64,000 nt of DNA. Source: Camelus dromedarius (Eukaryota). Below, in pieces: positions 1 to 14,100 of this stretch (positions within the stretch are counted from its first letter, which is position 1; each line of letters opens with the position of its first letter). A model generated the notes under the pieces. The model made no database searches. It saw only the letters and a list, made by a program, of their open reading frames with translations, and was not told the DNA's origin. Both the position numbers and the translations under genes were made by a program. Location: NCBI RefSeq assembly GCF_036321535.1, contig NC_087436.1, positions 29,018,001 through 29,082,000 of the forward strand, in the 5' to 3' direction.

Positions 1-989
1 GGGTTGAAAGAAATGTTACATCTTAAACTGAAATACTGGGTTAATACCTACACTTTAAAAATACCTAATACCTGCTCATCCCATGTAACTGATTTTCAGT
101 TGAAAATTTGCCTCCCACCCCAGCAGGAATACCCTTAACTGATAACCACAGTGCTGCCTCCTTGTCTTAGAGATTTGTGAAATATTATGTCAGTGTCACA
201 TGATTCCACGTGATCTGTTCATGGTATCGCCACTTGTTTCCTTTCTGGTTTCTATAATTACAAGTGCATGATCACAGGTCACTGAGACACCTCTGAACTG
301 AGTAACATTTGCAAACACTGGTATGGGAATCCATACATGTTTTCAAAGAAACGGTGAAAACAAAGCGAGCATCTACCAAGGCATCCCAATGAAAACGTTT
401 GGTATTACTGTATTTGTAAATAAAATGTGTATCTTTCTTCTCTTTCTGACTTCTTCCTGGGGCATACTGTACCACTTTATTAAATTATTTGCCGTATTTT
501 AACTAGAATTATTCAACAATCATTTATTTTTATTACTTTTCTTTTTGTTTTAACTTACATATGTATAGGACTACGTGGACTTCAGAAATCAAAACTGCTT
601 CTCAGTCTCTTAAAACTTACTGGAGAATGAAGATGATTGTATTCTTTTTATTTTTCTCTTTCTCATTTCTCACTTTCTCTCTCTAATTTAACTTTACTTG
701 GCATATTTTATTGTAACCATTGTGCTGTCTATTTGTGGTCTATGTAGCCCAGTAATAAATAAGGGTGGTTTTCACACAATGTCAAAAAAAACTGATCATT
801 GAATGCCCGAGTGTGTGGAAAAGCCCAAGCCAGCTTGTTGATGATCAAATATTATTATCTTCTAAACATGCATTTTGATATTCCAAACATTAATTAATAG
901 AAGGCCACAGAATTTGTTTACCTATAATACAATTCTATCTCTTCATGTATATAAGTTTCTCTTGTGTTGATTGATAACTCCAGCCATCT

Positions 990-1016
990 CACACACACAC
1001 ACACATACACACACAC
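990..1016 (+). repeat. (CA)n microsatellite, one interruption
   Basis: Directly visible. Confidence 0.95.
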
Positions 1017-2184
1017 GGATACCATTTTTTGAGAGAAATAATTGCCAGAAAACTTAGAAAGCGGTCGTACACTCCATTATTAATTAGGAAACACAACTGA
1101 GCATGACAGAAATCTCATACTTTTAGAATAAAATTCAGAATTTCATGTTTATGCAACTCACCATGTTGACAATTGTTTTCTTCCCTTTGTCATAATTAAA
1201 GAAGAGTCACTTGCACTGGCAAGGGGAGGGAGGGAATGGGGATTGTGTTCCAGATTAGGTGATGGCAATGCTAATGAAATGTCCCTTCCTCCTAGGTTGA
1301 CTGGTTGAGGAGTTGCCCAGTGATTATGAGCTGTTCTCAAAAGTACATAACTTAAGAGAAATAAGATAAAAAATATCTTCATCTACACAATTTTCTCAAT
1401 AGACATTTTTACATGGATTAATAAATTTTCTTTAAACGATAAATGTTCCCTTAGACATGTTAATTTAGTCAAAGATTAATATGAACTTCCTTATTTCAGC
1501 TGATAAATTTAAATCCTATTTTTCATGACAAAGACATAAAACTTTCAACGGATTAAAAAGTAAGAGAAAAAATCTTAAACTTTTTGCACAGCCAAAGGGC
1601 AACTCTAGAGAACAGAGTCTTCCAAGCTAAGAAATGGCAACTTTAAGAAGTCTACTATTAGAACCATTAAAATGAAAAGAAATCCGATTTCTATCAAGCA
1701 GATAGTGAATACTGCCCACATTAATTTTTATAATATAATAAGTCATATGCAAAAAGTATGATTCTGTCAAATATGTGTAATTCCAACCAACATTTATTTG
1801 CATGGTAATTGAAAGATATTCAAAAAGCACATCAGGGTCAGGCCAAAAAATCAGGTAAATATGTCCTAGTGCAATCATACATATATATTTTTCATTAGTA
1901 GGGATAGAGGGTGACTTGAGATTTTCAGGAAGGAATTGAAGGAGATGACTGGACTTCAGCAACTGAGATTTGACTTCCTGGACTCCACACCACCAATAAA
2001 TAGGCAAAGATGGACTGAGCTGATGACTAGATACCAAAATCAAGTCTACTTTCATCTTGAGGTTTTGAAATGAACACTACTTAAATACAACTCCAAAGCC
2101 GTCTGGAATTTTAAGAAAGGAGTTATTTCCATTCTCAGATTGTATTCCATATGTTAGGTAACCAAGAATAAGGTAATGGAAAAT

Positions 2185-2350
2185 AATATTAATAATATAA
2201 TATACCACTTAGAGTGTGTTAGCATTGTGCTATGCATTTCACATACATCAGTTCACCTATTCTCACAAGAATTCTACAACTAAGAGTACTGCTCCATATT
2301 TTACAAAGGTGAAGACTGAGATTCAGATGTGAAGTAACTTTTCAAAAAGA
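2185..2350 (-). mobile_element. MIR fragment
   Basis: ccatattttacaaaggtgaagactgagattcagatgtgaagtaactt is the antisense MIR core. Confidence 0.7.
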
Positions 2351-2410
2351 TCTTCCCAGTCCTTCGACAGCATTAAATAAGTTTAAATTTGAAATAGAGA
2401 TCGTATGGTG

Positions 2411-2666
2411 CAGTGCTTTTCAAACATTTAGGGCAATGATTCACAGTAAGAAATACATTTCACACTGTGACCTATTTCACACATGTACCTGAAAAAATGT
2501 TTCACAAAGAACTATTGGCTTTTACCATAAATGATGTATTTTGAGACTTCTCTATTCTACTTTTTTCCTATTCTATTGACTTATTTTTTATTTTAAGCTA
2601 TTGTTTTAATATAGTGGATTGCTCTCATGACCCACTGTTGGGTTTCGACCACAAATTTTGATCACT
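2411..2666. mobile_element. Old hAT-Charlie-type non-autonomous DNA transposon (family not assigned)
   Basis: It starts with cagtgcttttcaaac, a Charlie-type TIR, and ends catgacccactgttgggtttcgaccacaaattttgatcact. Confidence 0.55.
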
Positions 2667-3654
2667 TAATTATTTGATCATTTTATTATTTAATATACTC
2701 CTATAATTTCTTTGGTTCCCAAAGCAAACTAGAATTTTCTTGAAAGCAGATGCTCCAACGTTCCATGTCCTAAGATTGTCAAATCTTAATGTATGTTTGT
2801 AATCTAATAAAATTTAATTTTACCTCTGAAAATTCATAATCTTGTTTAAATAGAAGAGTTCATATGATTCTCAGAAAAGATACTAGTAAAAGGACTATCA
2901 TTCCTGTATATTTTATTCACTTGTTTTCCACCATAGGGTTGGCTTTATTAAATGTTCGAAGACCTAATCTTCTCCCTATTGCTTCATAAAATGAAACTCT
3001 GTCCAGATATGTGTAGTTTGAACTCAAGAAAATAAATTATACAAACCACACATGAGATTAAGAAGCATACATTTCTTCTATTACTTTTAGCTATTTCAGA
3101 AAGTAAATTTCTGTAAGACTCCTTCAGATTATTTTTACATTATAGAAAAGTCGATCCTTAATTCATATCTTCTTGGAAAATGATACCCATGTGATTTTTT
3201 TTAAAGTTTCCATCAACCTTAAAAATGAAAATTTGTTTTTAAAATTTTAAATAAAATTTTTTTTTTTACTGCTTGAAGGCACTCAAATGCTATATACAAT
3301 CTCTGTATTTATCTTTGTAGACCCTTGCTATTACTATGACTTAAAAATTAAAAAGAAAATATAACATCAGGTGGAAAATATATATATTTAAAATATTCAT
3401 TGCGGGTATCATGAGAATCATATGGAACTAAATGCCTGCTTTCAAAACTATAAATACAGTGAAATCCTTTCAACCTAGCATATGTTGCTTCAAATGAGAC
3501 TCAGTTTTGAACAGATGTCCCCTTAGACCTGTTATATTAAGACTAAAATTACTAAATCGGCATTAGTTGTTTTTAAACTTAGGGCCATATTTTGCCACTG
3601 ATTTTTATTCAAAGCTCCCACAGGCATCAGTGGAAGATCCATGCATGGAAAAAT

Positions 3655-6600
3655 GGCATAATATGTATCCTAGTTTATTGAGTTCATATGTATACAGCAG
3701 TATAAAATAATATATTACATTTACACTCATTTACTTATGTAGTATTATAGCATTCACAGTAACAAACACTATAGTTAAGATTTAAACTCATCTTTTGTTA
3801 TAATACCCTGTTTTCACTCACAGATAACTGTCTCAAAAAAATGTGTTTAGAGCTGAATGCCCTGCTTACGTTCAGCTCAAGGATATATGGATGTATTGGA
3901 AGTCTGAGTTCTATCATTCAGAAATTTTTGAGTCTCATGTGAAAATTTCATTTTTTTTGCATCCTTAATGCAACATTTTCTTGCAACTCAAAAACATCTG
4001 GAGTGTAAAACTTCAAACTCAACATGTGACCAGTTTTCAAGAAATAAAAGCCATTTTTCTAATTTTACAAATACTTAAAAAATAGCAGTGGTTAGAAATA
4101 CATGCATGCACACTAAAGGTATTAGAATTTTAATCATATTATTGCCTGCAATACTCTGGCGGCACCCATCTACCGGCATTCTTATAGAACGCTATAATCT
4201 AAAACCTATACCAAGTTTTAGAAGGAAAAAAAAAATACTCTACTGAACAGTAGTTTCACAAATTACTGTGTAAGGATTTTGTTTGACCTAGCAGAGGGCT
4301 ATTCCTTGAAACACTAACAATATATAAAATAATTTTACTACTCCATGGCATAAAAAATATGGATTTTGTCATTTTCTGTTTTTCCTTGTTAAAAAGGAAC
4401 ATAAAAAGGATGTTAAGTGCAAAGCCTTTACCACTACAAAATTAGAATTGAAAAAGATAAAGAACCCAAGAAACTGCAATATGAAAAATAGAAGATTTTC
4501 AGAAAAAATCTCAAGTCTACCAGTGTTTTCAGTATTTTTGAATTCCTTGGGTATTAAACTCACATGTAGAAATATGAAGGGGAGAAAAAAATACACGCAG
4601 TGACAAATAATAGTGCTATTATCAGTCAGTAACATGAATAATTTTCTTTATCCTGCTTAACATTTGCAACATTTTGACTGAATAATTATATTAAAGATGA
4701 ACTTTACTCCAGTAAATAACATTTGGAAGGTAAAATGGTACCATTAATGCACAGTTATTAAAGTTGATGTCAAGAACTGTGAGGATTTCCTTTCCTCCTT
4801 TTCCGGAAGATACAGGAGGGTTTCTACAATTCAAAAGATCTGACAGCAAATTATAACACTATTAGGAAATGAAACAGGAGAAAAAAGTAATTAAAATATT
4901 TAAATCCTCTACTGTAGCACTTAACTTGCAATGTTTGATAAAGGCATTGCATTCAATATCTTCATAAAATAAAATGTACATATTTCCTTAGAGTTTCTTG
5001 AGAAAGATGATACACTTATCATGATACAGACATCATTATATCTGTAAAGTAGTTCTGATGTGGTATTTAAGTATTTGATTTCAAATGATTTCACAAAATT
5101 TTGTTCATAAGTTAAAAATTAGAATTTTACATATGGATGAAATATTTCTAAAAATTGTCATTTGACATACCTTTGAAACATCAAGACACTGTTTCCACAG
5201 GAAAACATTTTGACTTTTTACTACTCTAAAACTAACCATGTTAACAAGGAGTAAATGTCATGATTATTCTTTTCTGAAAAAATTAACTGATGAAATACTG
5301 CCTAATAATTTGGATATTATTTTTCTTTGATATGCATAAAATTGTGGAAGGTTGACTATTAAGATGAGTAGACTAAGTTGAACTTCATTATTGTTTGGTT
5401 GCATCTTTCCATCTTACAGTCCCCTGCGTTGGTAGGTAACATTTTAGCCAATTTAATAAAATCATATTCTTACTCTTTTGTAACTTCTGATTTATTAGCA
5501 ATAAAATAGATAGTTGATTAATAACCTAATTATTGAGTATTTTATATTTAAATAATTCTTTGTCCCACAGATTCTATTTGTCCTAAAATCATTAGTATTT
5601 TAGCTTTAAATAATTCTATTTGTTGTTTTCAGTTTTTGTAGATTGATGATAATATTTAAGAACTAAAATGTAAATTAATATAACTGGTTACTACAATATA
5701 CTAAAAAAGAATACATAAATATATGGTATGAGACGCTTGTTCAAGGGAAATTACAATCATATAAAGGACTAATTTACTAAGTAAATTTCTTTAAGTCAAA
5801 TTAATTAATATAGCTATTACATATGAAGTGAGTATAACCTTATTTTCAATGCATGTAAGAAGGCAGGTGGATGTGAGTTTTCCCCCCATAATTGTAAAAT
5901 GATGAGTGAAAGGTTTTAATTAAAGCAGAGTGACTCAACAAGAAAATAAGCTTCTTGTTTGAAAAGTAATTGCAACAAATAGACTTTTTTCCCAGTTAAA
6001 TTATATAAAAACATCTCGTTACTAAATTAGTCCATCATTCAAAATACGAATGTAGTAATGCCAAAAGTTTGAGAAAATTTTACTGCTGCACCTAGTGAAG
6101 GTATGTGCTTTCTGTGTCATTCATGACGGATTAGCATCATTTATTTTTAAAGGGTCCCCAAAAGACTGGAACATTACACACATGCTGATACATAAATTGA
6201 TTGGGATAATGACATATTAATACCTACTTTGATAAGTCAGATAAGTGATACCAAGATATCACTCAAATATACACATCGAGGTCCTAGGAATATATATATG
6301 CATTTTAATGTTAAATCTAGGGACATATTCCCACTTAAATGGCATAAAATTAGGTGGAAAACATTCGATATGTGTTAAGTTTTAGTCTGTTCTTTAATAA
6401 CATAGCACGGCTCAAACTATCATTGAACATAAGTTAAAAATTAAGGGAAATATTTCAAAATCAGCCTGTAATTTGAGTTGGGCAAACATTTAGATATAAC
6501 GTTGAAGGGGTTTTTAGAGGAGAGCTGTGACAAATCTGGGTTTTGCTTAGAAGATTATCTCACAATCTGATTTTTCCCTGTCTAAATTGTATTTCAACAA

Positions 6601-8100
6601 GCGGTAAATAACAGTCTGCAAAAAGGAAAATATGTAAAAGGAAGGAAAATGCATCTTACTGAATTTAATAATTAACCTTGTTGACATAAAGGAAAAAGGC
6701 AAGCTTCACTTTTCAAGCCTGACTCATGAAGAATTTTCTCCATAATAAGATACTGACTACACTTAAGCTATAAAATTTCCACACATAATACTGAAGCAGT
6801 AATGTACCATGTTTCTATCTCCAAATTTATTTAATTTGTTTTAAATTTAGAGATCCTTTATATCTTATAGTTATTCTTTACCAGTTCAAATATTTATGTC
6901 TCTATATATTCATATAGAGTTATAGATTTTTATATGCATGAGTTATTAGAAGTCACAAAACTATGTAAAACTACGTAAAATAAAATTCTGTGTGAGTGAC
7001 ATGTTTGAGGACTTCTTAAAATAGTAATTTTCAGTTACATATTTTACACCACAAAATGTACAGACACCCAGTGTTTCTTTTTTTCCTAGCAACAAATACA
7101 GGTGAGTTTATAGATTCCTTATAAAAGCTTTAAATGACTCTAAATTCAAAGCCATAGAAATAGAATCGAAACAACGTAGATTGTTAGATATTTTGATAGT
7201 ACATATTCAGTGCTCCTGTGATAACGTCGACAGCTATATCTTTGGCATTGAAAATTCAGTATGAGTTCTTGACAAAATTTTGTAGCTTAGAGCTTCATTT
7301 TCTTTTAAACAAGGAAAAACAGGGTTGAATGAGATATGAAAACTGGGAGGAAACTGTTAATGATTGTTTTTTTCTTATTAAGTTTATCTTTGGGACCCTG
7401 AATTACCTTTCACTTTATTGTATGATGTGGACTGTATGAATCCATTTAAAAACCAACTGAGTTGTACCACATTTTAGGAAAATTATATAATATAATATAT
7501 ATATATATTTTATATTTATTTAGAAGCTTTGAAATAGTACAGTAAACACTTTGCAACACGGTGTATAAACTACAGAATGTCTTTGATATTTTGTGGGTCT
7601 TCGGAATACAACATTTTTTATAGCCCACAGGTGAAAAGAACATAATCACAATCTCTCTTGTAAAGGTGGAATAGTTTGGGGAACACTTGATCACACAAAA
7701 ATAATATAAAACAGTCAAGTTTAAAACAGTGATATTGCATTTGTAATGCACAAATTTCCTTTATCTTTATGACTGGCTTCTTGCGGTGAATATAAACATC
7801 TAAAGGGCTCAGTGACATTTGGAGAGAGAAAGATATATAGTCCTGTAAACAGGCACACACTGATCGGAGAGGCAAAATCAGTTGCCTAAAGTTTCCACAG
7901 TTCTGCACGTTTCAACTCATTTCTCAGGCCTGCTGAGAGCAATTAGGTCCTATAATTGGCCACGATGACTCCGTTGGCAATCTGATACTCAGTTACACAC
8001 AACTAACTGGATGGCCAAGATAATGAAGTTGAAAAGTTGATGCTTTTGTTGGTCGACTTTGTGCAAATCATGCTGCTTCAGGTAAGTCCTGTAGAATTGA
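3655..8100 (-). other. PCDH10: PCDH10 long-isoform 3' UTR (distal end uncertain)
   Basis: It follows the TAG at 8101-8103, is AT-rich and has no repeats that I recognise. Several minus-strand AATAAA hexamers are present, for example near 7415, 7515 and 3674-3679. Confidence 0.6.
3674..3679 (-). terminator. Candidate distal polyadenylation signal AATAAA
   Basis: The plus strand reads TTTATT. Recognisable repeats begin not far beyond it, below 2.7 kb. It is one of several candidates. Confidence 0.4.
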
Positions 8101-8120
8101 CTAGCATATCCTTTTCCGTG
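8101..8120 (-). CDS. PCDH10: PCDH10 exon 5 coding part (20 nt): (T)RKRIC-stop
   Basis: The sequence reads ttttttttctttttcacag|CA CGG AAA AGG ATA TGC TAG. This completes the phase-1 codon from exon 4 and gives the known PCDH10 C-terminus TRKRIC. Confidence 0.93.
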
Positions 8121-11100
8121 CTGTGAAAAAGAAAAAAAAAATACTCTAAGAAAAAGAGCCTGACTTTTGCTGTTTAGAAGGACACATTTTTGCAAAAGAA
8201 GCAAATACAGTGTGAACAAGCTGTCCGTCCTTACCAGACCCAAGTAGTGGCGAAATATTTCGTGTCACCTTGGTTTCTAATAGTCAGAGTCATTCTGTTG
8301 TTTGGCTTTCTCAAAACGACAATTTTGACATTTATGCAAATTGGTTTTGCGTGGGAAATGTGCACTTTATACATCGAACACCAATTATGTGAAGATCAAC
8401 TTTTTAAAATCAATCCCTACTTCACTACTTATGTACAATCAGAGTAGAAGAAAAATCTGTGGCCCTTACATTTCTGGAATAAGTCTTCAGAATATCTATG
8501 AATTACTGGTTATATATTTAATTTAATAAATTCTAAATTAATTATATTTAATCTATATATGAGAAAACTGTTCCAGAAAGTGTTAATGCAGTTAAAAAAA
8601 TTAAAGAATGGTTAACATTTTATGGGTTTATTTTATCTATTTTTTAGAATTATATAAAAACTGGATTTTTTATGGCCTATAATTTTTTAAAAAAATAGAT
8701 TTATCCCCAAAAGGAACTTGTTTTTTTCCTAAAGAGGAAACAGGTGAAGGGTAGTAAAAGGTATTATTGAATTTGGTCCAGTCTTATAAAACATATTGAA
8801 TCATGAAGCAGAATGTCCAAATTCAATCATTTGGAATTTATGGTTTAAAATATTTTATGTATTTATAGTGGTAAAGGATATCTCTTCCCACCTATTCATA
8901 ATCTTTGTAATTTCTGTAATATCTGACCATGTGCACATGAAGGAAGCTGCATCTTCTAGTTCAGTATCTGGCACAAAAGAGATGTATAATACAAATGTGC
9001 TAAAAATCAAGATAGTTCAGTTGTGATCTTTTAAAAATCACATATATGTATATTTCATTAAAAATAAGAACTACCCTAAATAGCATAACTTAATTGTTTC
9101 CATCCAGTGAATAGTGGCTTTTTTATTTTAGCTTAAGAACATACTGATCATTTCAATCCCTCTCCTACGGTACTTCCACTTATTTCAAGTAGATTTTCTA
9201 GGTATATATTTTTCTTAATTTTATCTCTAATTATCTCAGTTTCTGACCAGACCATTAAGCATTCCTTCATCAGTTCACCTTTTAGCAGAAACACAACAAT
9301 TAAAATTGTAAAAGTCAGGTACCTCCACTGACAGAAATTTAAGTGAAAACGAATATATACATGGTCTGTGTAGTGACCAGTATTGAAAATAATCAAAACA
9401 TAATTTGCTTTATAATATCAAGAATTATAAAATTAGTTTGCTACAAGGGACTACACGGTAGCTATTATAACTTACCTGGTCATAATGCTACAGAGAAAAT
9501 TCTGCAAGCAAATAGAAACGTCACTCTTTTAAAAGAATCAAATCCTATTTTCCTTTGCCCTTGAATTCAAACTCTCTGCTCCATGAAAATCTTGATAAAT
9601 AATTTATATTTTCCTTATAGCAATTAAGATTTAAAATTCTTCAGTAAATCAAAATATTTAGCCATCATAGAAATTCAGGTTTATAAAATGAAATGGAACA
9701 ATAATTATGATCACCAAATAATATACTGTCTAAACTGAACAATTATGTGACTGAGAGGGAGCACTATTAACAATGATGCGAGACATAATCTTGTACTTTT
9801 CTGGACAACCCAGAAAATATCATCACCCTATACGTAATATTACTTCTCAAAATAAGTTGGAGATATTACTTACAGGTTGAAGGTTTTTCTTAAACAATAT
9901 AAATCAGAAAATATTGATTTAACAATCAAAAAAAAAAAAGAAAAGAAAATACTGATTTATAGGAAACATCATTCTAGTAGTTCAGAAACAAAAGAGATTC
10001 AGGTGTGACCCATACTCAACCTATAAACTAATTCACTGAGTGAAAAATTAATATACTGAAAAGCTGCATCTTAGTATAAATGCAGAAATAAGTCAACCTA
10101 ACACATGTTTAAATCAGTAAAAAGCTATTAGCATAGATAGTATGTTCATTTGATTTAATCAAAATACGAAAAGAAGTTGTGTTATTAAAATGGTTCACAG
10201 TTACAGGGACACAGAAGCTTAGTCTACAGTATACTCAACATCTGAAATATAAACATAAGCTTAAAATATATTTTATTACTGCTTAGGGTGACATGTGCAC
10301 TGATTTTATTTAAAGTGCATCCATTCCCATAGTTGTCTGAATAATATACGTGCCCTGCATTAAACTGACCATTCCCCACCTAACTTTTAATTCAGGAAAT
10401 GCAAATCTGAATAGGACAAGTATAAGGGCCGAGGCTGAAAGTCATAACAAATTAGAATGGAGGGGGAAGATTTACTTTATTTGAAAAGCTACAATTTCCC
10501 AATGTTAAGGATTGCTAGACAAACCAGAGAAAATAAAATGTTATATTATTACTAAAATTACAGCCACAGACATTTTGTTTCAAGGCTTTTGAGAGGTGAG
10601 TTTAAATACTGAATAATCATTATTCTTTGGGGGCTGTGAGGGTTAATGTTGGAGAAGCAGCACACAAATATAAAAGGAAATCAATGTTCTAACATTTTAG
10701 AGCCTGTACCAAGGACAATTATTCCACAGTGTGAACTATGCATTTGTTGAAGCATTTCAGGCTAGAGTGTGGGTCAAATACATTGAATCTCTAGGCTTTC
10801 TGATAGCCTATACATGTTTTGGCGTTGTCAAAGCAGAGTTTGAGAATTTCTGCTTTTCCTTTCCATTTCACAAATGCATTTTTCCCTAGCTATTCATCAG
10901 CAGGTGTAGGGAATTGGTCGCTTGATATGAATGAAATATTCTATTTTCAGTCAAATGAAAAGGAAAAGGAAAAGGAGGATTAGTATCCCTTTATACCTGT
11001 ATTTATTCAGTCACTGCATTTATTCTTCATGGTAAGTCAGAAATGTTACATTTAAGACGTTTATCTTACTGTCTGAACTACAGATGAAAAATTACTCTTA

Positions 11101-14100
11101 ATGGAGAAGAGATTCAAATACCTACCTTTTTATAATTTAGCATATATATGTATATATTTAACATTTATGTATGTATATTTTCAGCATACACATACAATTT
11201 TAATAAAAGTTCCAAGATTCACATTTTTCCTTATATTGTAGAATCCTGTTGTTGCCTTTGGCAATTTGTAAAGTATAATATTAAACTGTGGAACATTTAA
11301 AAATTTTGATGAATGACTTAAGAATGACTGTAAACATGTATGTCTCAAAAATAATTGAAAAATAGCATTACTGATATTCCATTTATTTCACATATTATAG
11401 CTTAATAATAGTCCGGTGAAAAATAATTTTGTATAATACATGAAAATGACAATTGGATTATTGGAAAATTCACATTCCTCTATTTACAGAGCAGGAAGCA
11501 TAATACCTTTTATCCTTTATGACTGTAAACCACAGGAGCTCAAATAATAAATAAAGCTGGTGAAGTGATCTATTTACTTCTGCAGCTAAAAGAAAGAACA
11601 GCCTTCAGATAACCCAGATGATTGAAACTCTCCACTACAGTGAAAAACTTCTAGAGGCTGAGATCAGTAATGGATTCCGAGCTCATTCAAATGTTTAACG
11701 AGCCTCCCGGTCAGGACACTGTGTGTGTCAAGTGAATCTAGCGTAGGAGAGTTTCAGCCCGTTCCCCTTGTGGAAGTCAGAAGCACCTGCTCTCTGTTCC
11801 CCGTGTGAAAGCATATCGTAAACTGAAAGATCATTTAAAAGCAAGCCCCCATTAGAGCTCAGTCCAGCTGAATAATCATTCTTTTAACTTTCCTCTGTCT
11901 TATTCTTGAACCATTTTGAAGAGAATCTTCAAAAATGTCTCTAAAGGACTTTTTTTTCTGTTTAACCCTAAAGTTCAGAAATGAGCATGTGTTAACTATT
12001 AAAAGTGGGTCACTGCTTTATCTTTTATCTTCTACTTGAACACCTTTATATGTGCTTTTATTTTTTAAAATATAGTTGTATATTGCTCATATTATAAATG
12101 TTTACCTCCTCACAAAAATTACAAAAATTGTTTAAATATATATATGGTAAAAAAAAAAACACTGATTACATTCTGTGGTTTATTATGAATTATAAAGACT
12201 GAAGGCTTTCTGTTAGTATGATATAGATTGTTTTTCTGTCCAATAGTAGTTGCTCAGTACAGCATAAACTTGAGTTCTTATATTTATTTTATAATGTTCA
12301 CACCATCCTCTTGTTAAATTTCCTTTTTTCCTGTCATCAAGCAGTATGCCTCTTTATTCTAGCTTGACAGAATTAAGGGATTATAGAATATATCTAGAAA
12401 ACAAGAGTTTATTTGGAGGAGGTGCTTCTCATATGTAAATTTGATTAGTCTTTTAGAGAGCAAACTTTGTGAAATAAATGACTCATATAACCCTTCAGAC
12501 TGTTCACATAAGAAATATGTAGTAAAGCCATGTGTGTATTTTCAGTTTAGTCCATATATGTATGCAATGCTCACAACATAATTTGCAATTAATAAATGTC
12601 TATTAAATTAAAAGATAAATCTATGGGTATTTTAAGAGATAAGAAATTGGTAAGTGTAGTTTCGTAGACTAAAACATATACATCAATTAATGAGTAAAAT
12701 GGGTCCTTTCTAAGACAGGAGACAAACATATTGAGCATAATATTCTCTTAATACACCTTCTAGCTATAGCAACTCTGGCACCCTTATATAGTCACCATCT
12801 TGCCTAAGAATCTCGTTACCAATACTGCTATTATTCAATTGCAAAGCGACTGTATATCAATTTGATGCCATGGAATAAAAATGCATTGGACTTCATTTCC
12901 TCACTAAGAATGATGTGTGCAAAGAAAGAATTAATTTTATCAGCTGGAAGTTACCCTCAAGAGAAAGCAGAGTTGATGCACTGTGCAAAGCCCTGAATTT
13001 ACTACCTGTGAAATTTCAAAATTTATTCTTGCTCAGAGTTTATTTTTAAACCACATTTTGTTGTTAATTAAAAGACTTAACAGCCTTGCTTCTGTTTGTC
13101 TGCAAGTACAGTTCACAGTACAACAGAATACCATTACCCTTGCAAAGATTTGTATGAGGAAGTAAGTCCCCCGAGTTCCTTCTAGACAGAGGATCCATAG
13201 GTTTTAGATATTCCTATATAGCTTTCTGTGTTTGTGTGCATGTAAATATATGTGTAATTTCAAACGACCTTCTTATTAAAGCAACAGTACATTTACAACT
13301 GGTTCACCAGGAAATATCTACTCTATGGGTTACTGTGACCGTGTCAGCTACCAGTAATATTTTTAACAGGGTAGGTGTAATTATAGTAACTCAATTTTAT
13401 TTGGTTTAGAAATCTTTATCTCTAATTAATTATATTAATTAAGAATACTTTGAAATCTACAACAGAAACCAGTATATTATATTAACTCCTTTAATTAGAC
13501 AATTTGATTATTATCGTTCTCTGAATTGATTGAAGAAAGATATCTAAAAATACATGGTAATCTTCTAGATAAGAGAATTGTCAGTATTCTAAATATCTGG
13601 TTTTTTAAATGCTAAAAAATTAAACTTTTATGTTAAAATATTGTTTTAAAAACTTACGATGACAATGTACTTGCATAGAATTCTATAGACCGACTGGATG
13701 TATTCAAAACTTATCTAGAAATGTAAAAAATTATGCCTTGTAGGTATAACAGATTTTTCCCTGAGGGGGAACAAATAATAGGACAAGACACTACCCAGAA
13801 CACTTTGGCCACCATACCAGGCTCTTTTTGACAAACAAAACCCCCGTGCCTCCAGGGTATATTAAAATCAAGTCTAGAGACTGAATTATGTTTTAAATGC
13901 ACTGATCCTAGACTGCGATATATTTAGGAAGTGGAACTCTAACATATATTTCTCTTCATGTTTATAATATCATTGACAAATTTTCTGGAATGCTTTATCA
14001 TAATCTGCTAATATATAGACCCTGTGATTTGTTCCACAACTATTTGAAAAGTCACATTCTTTACATTGGTAATAAAGAAGTACCCTTGCAATTCCTTTTG

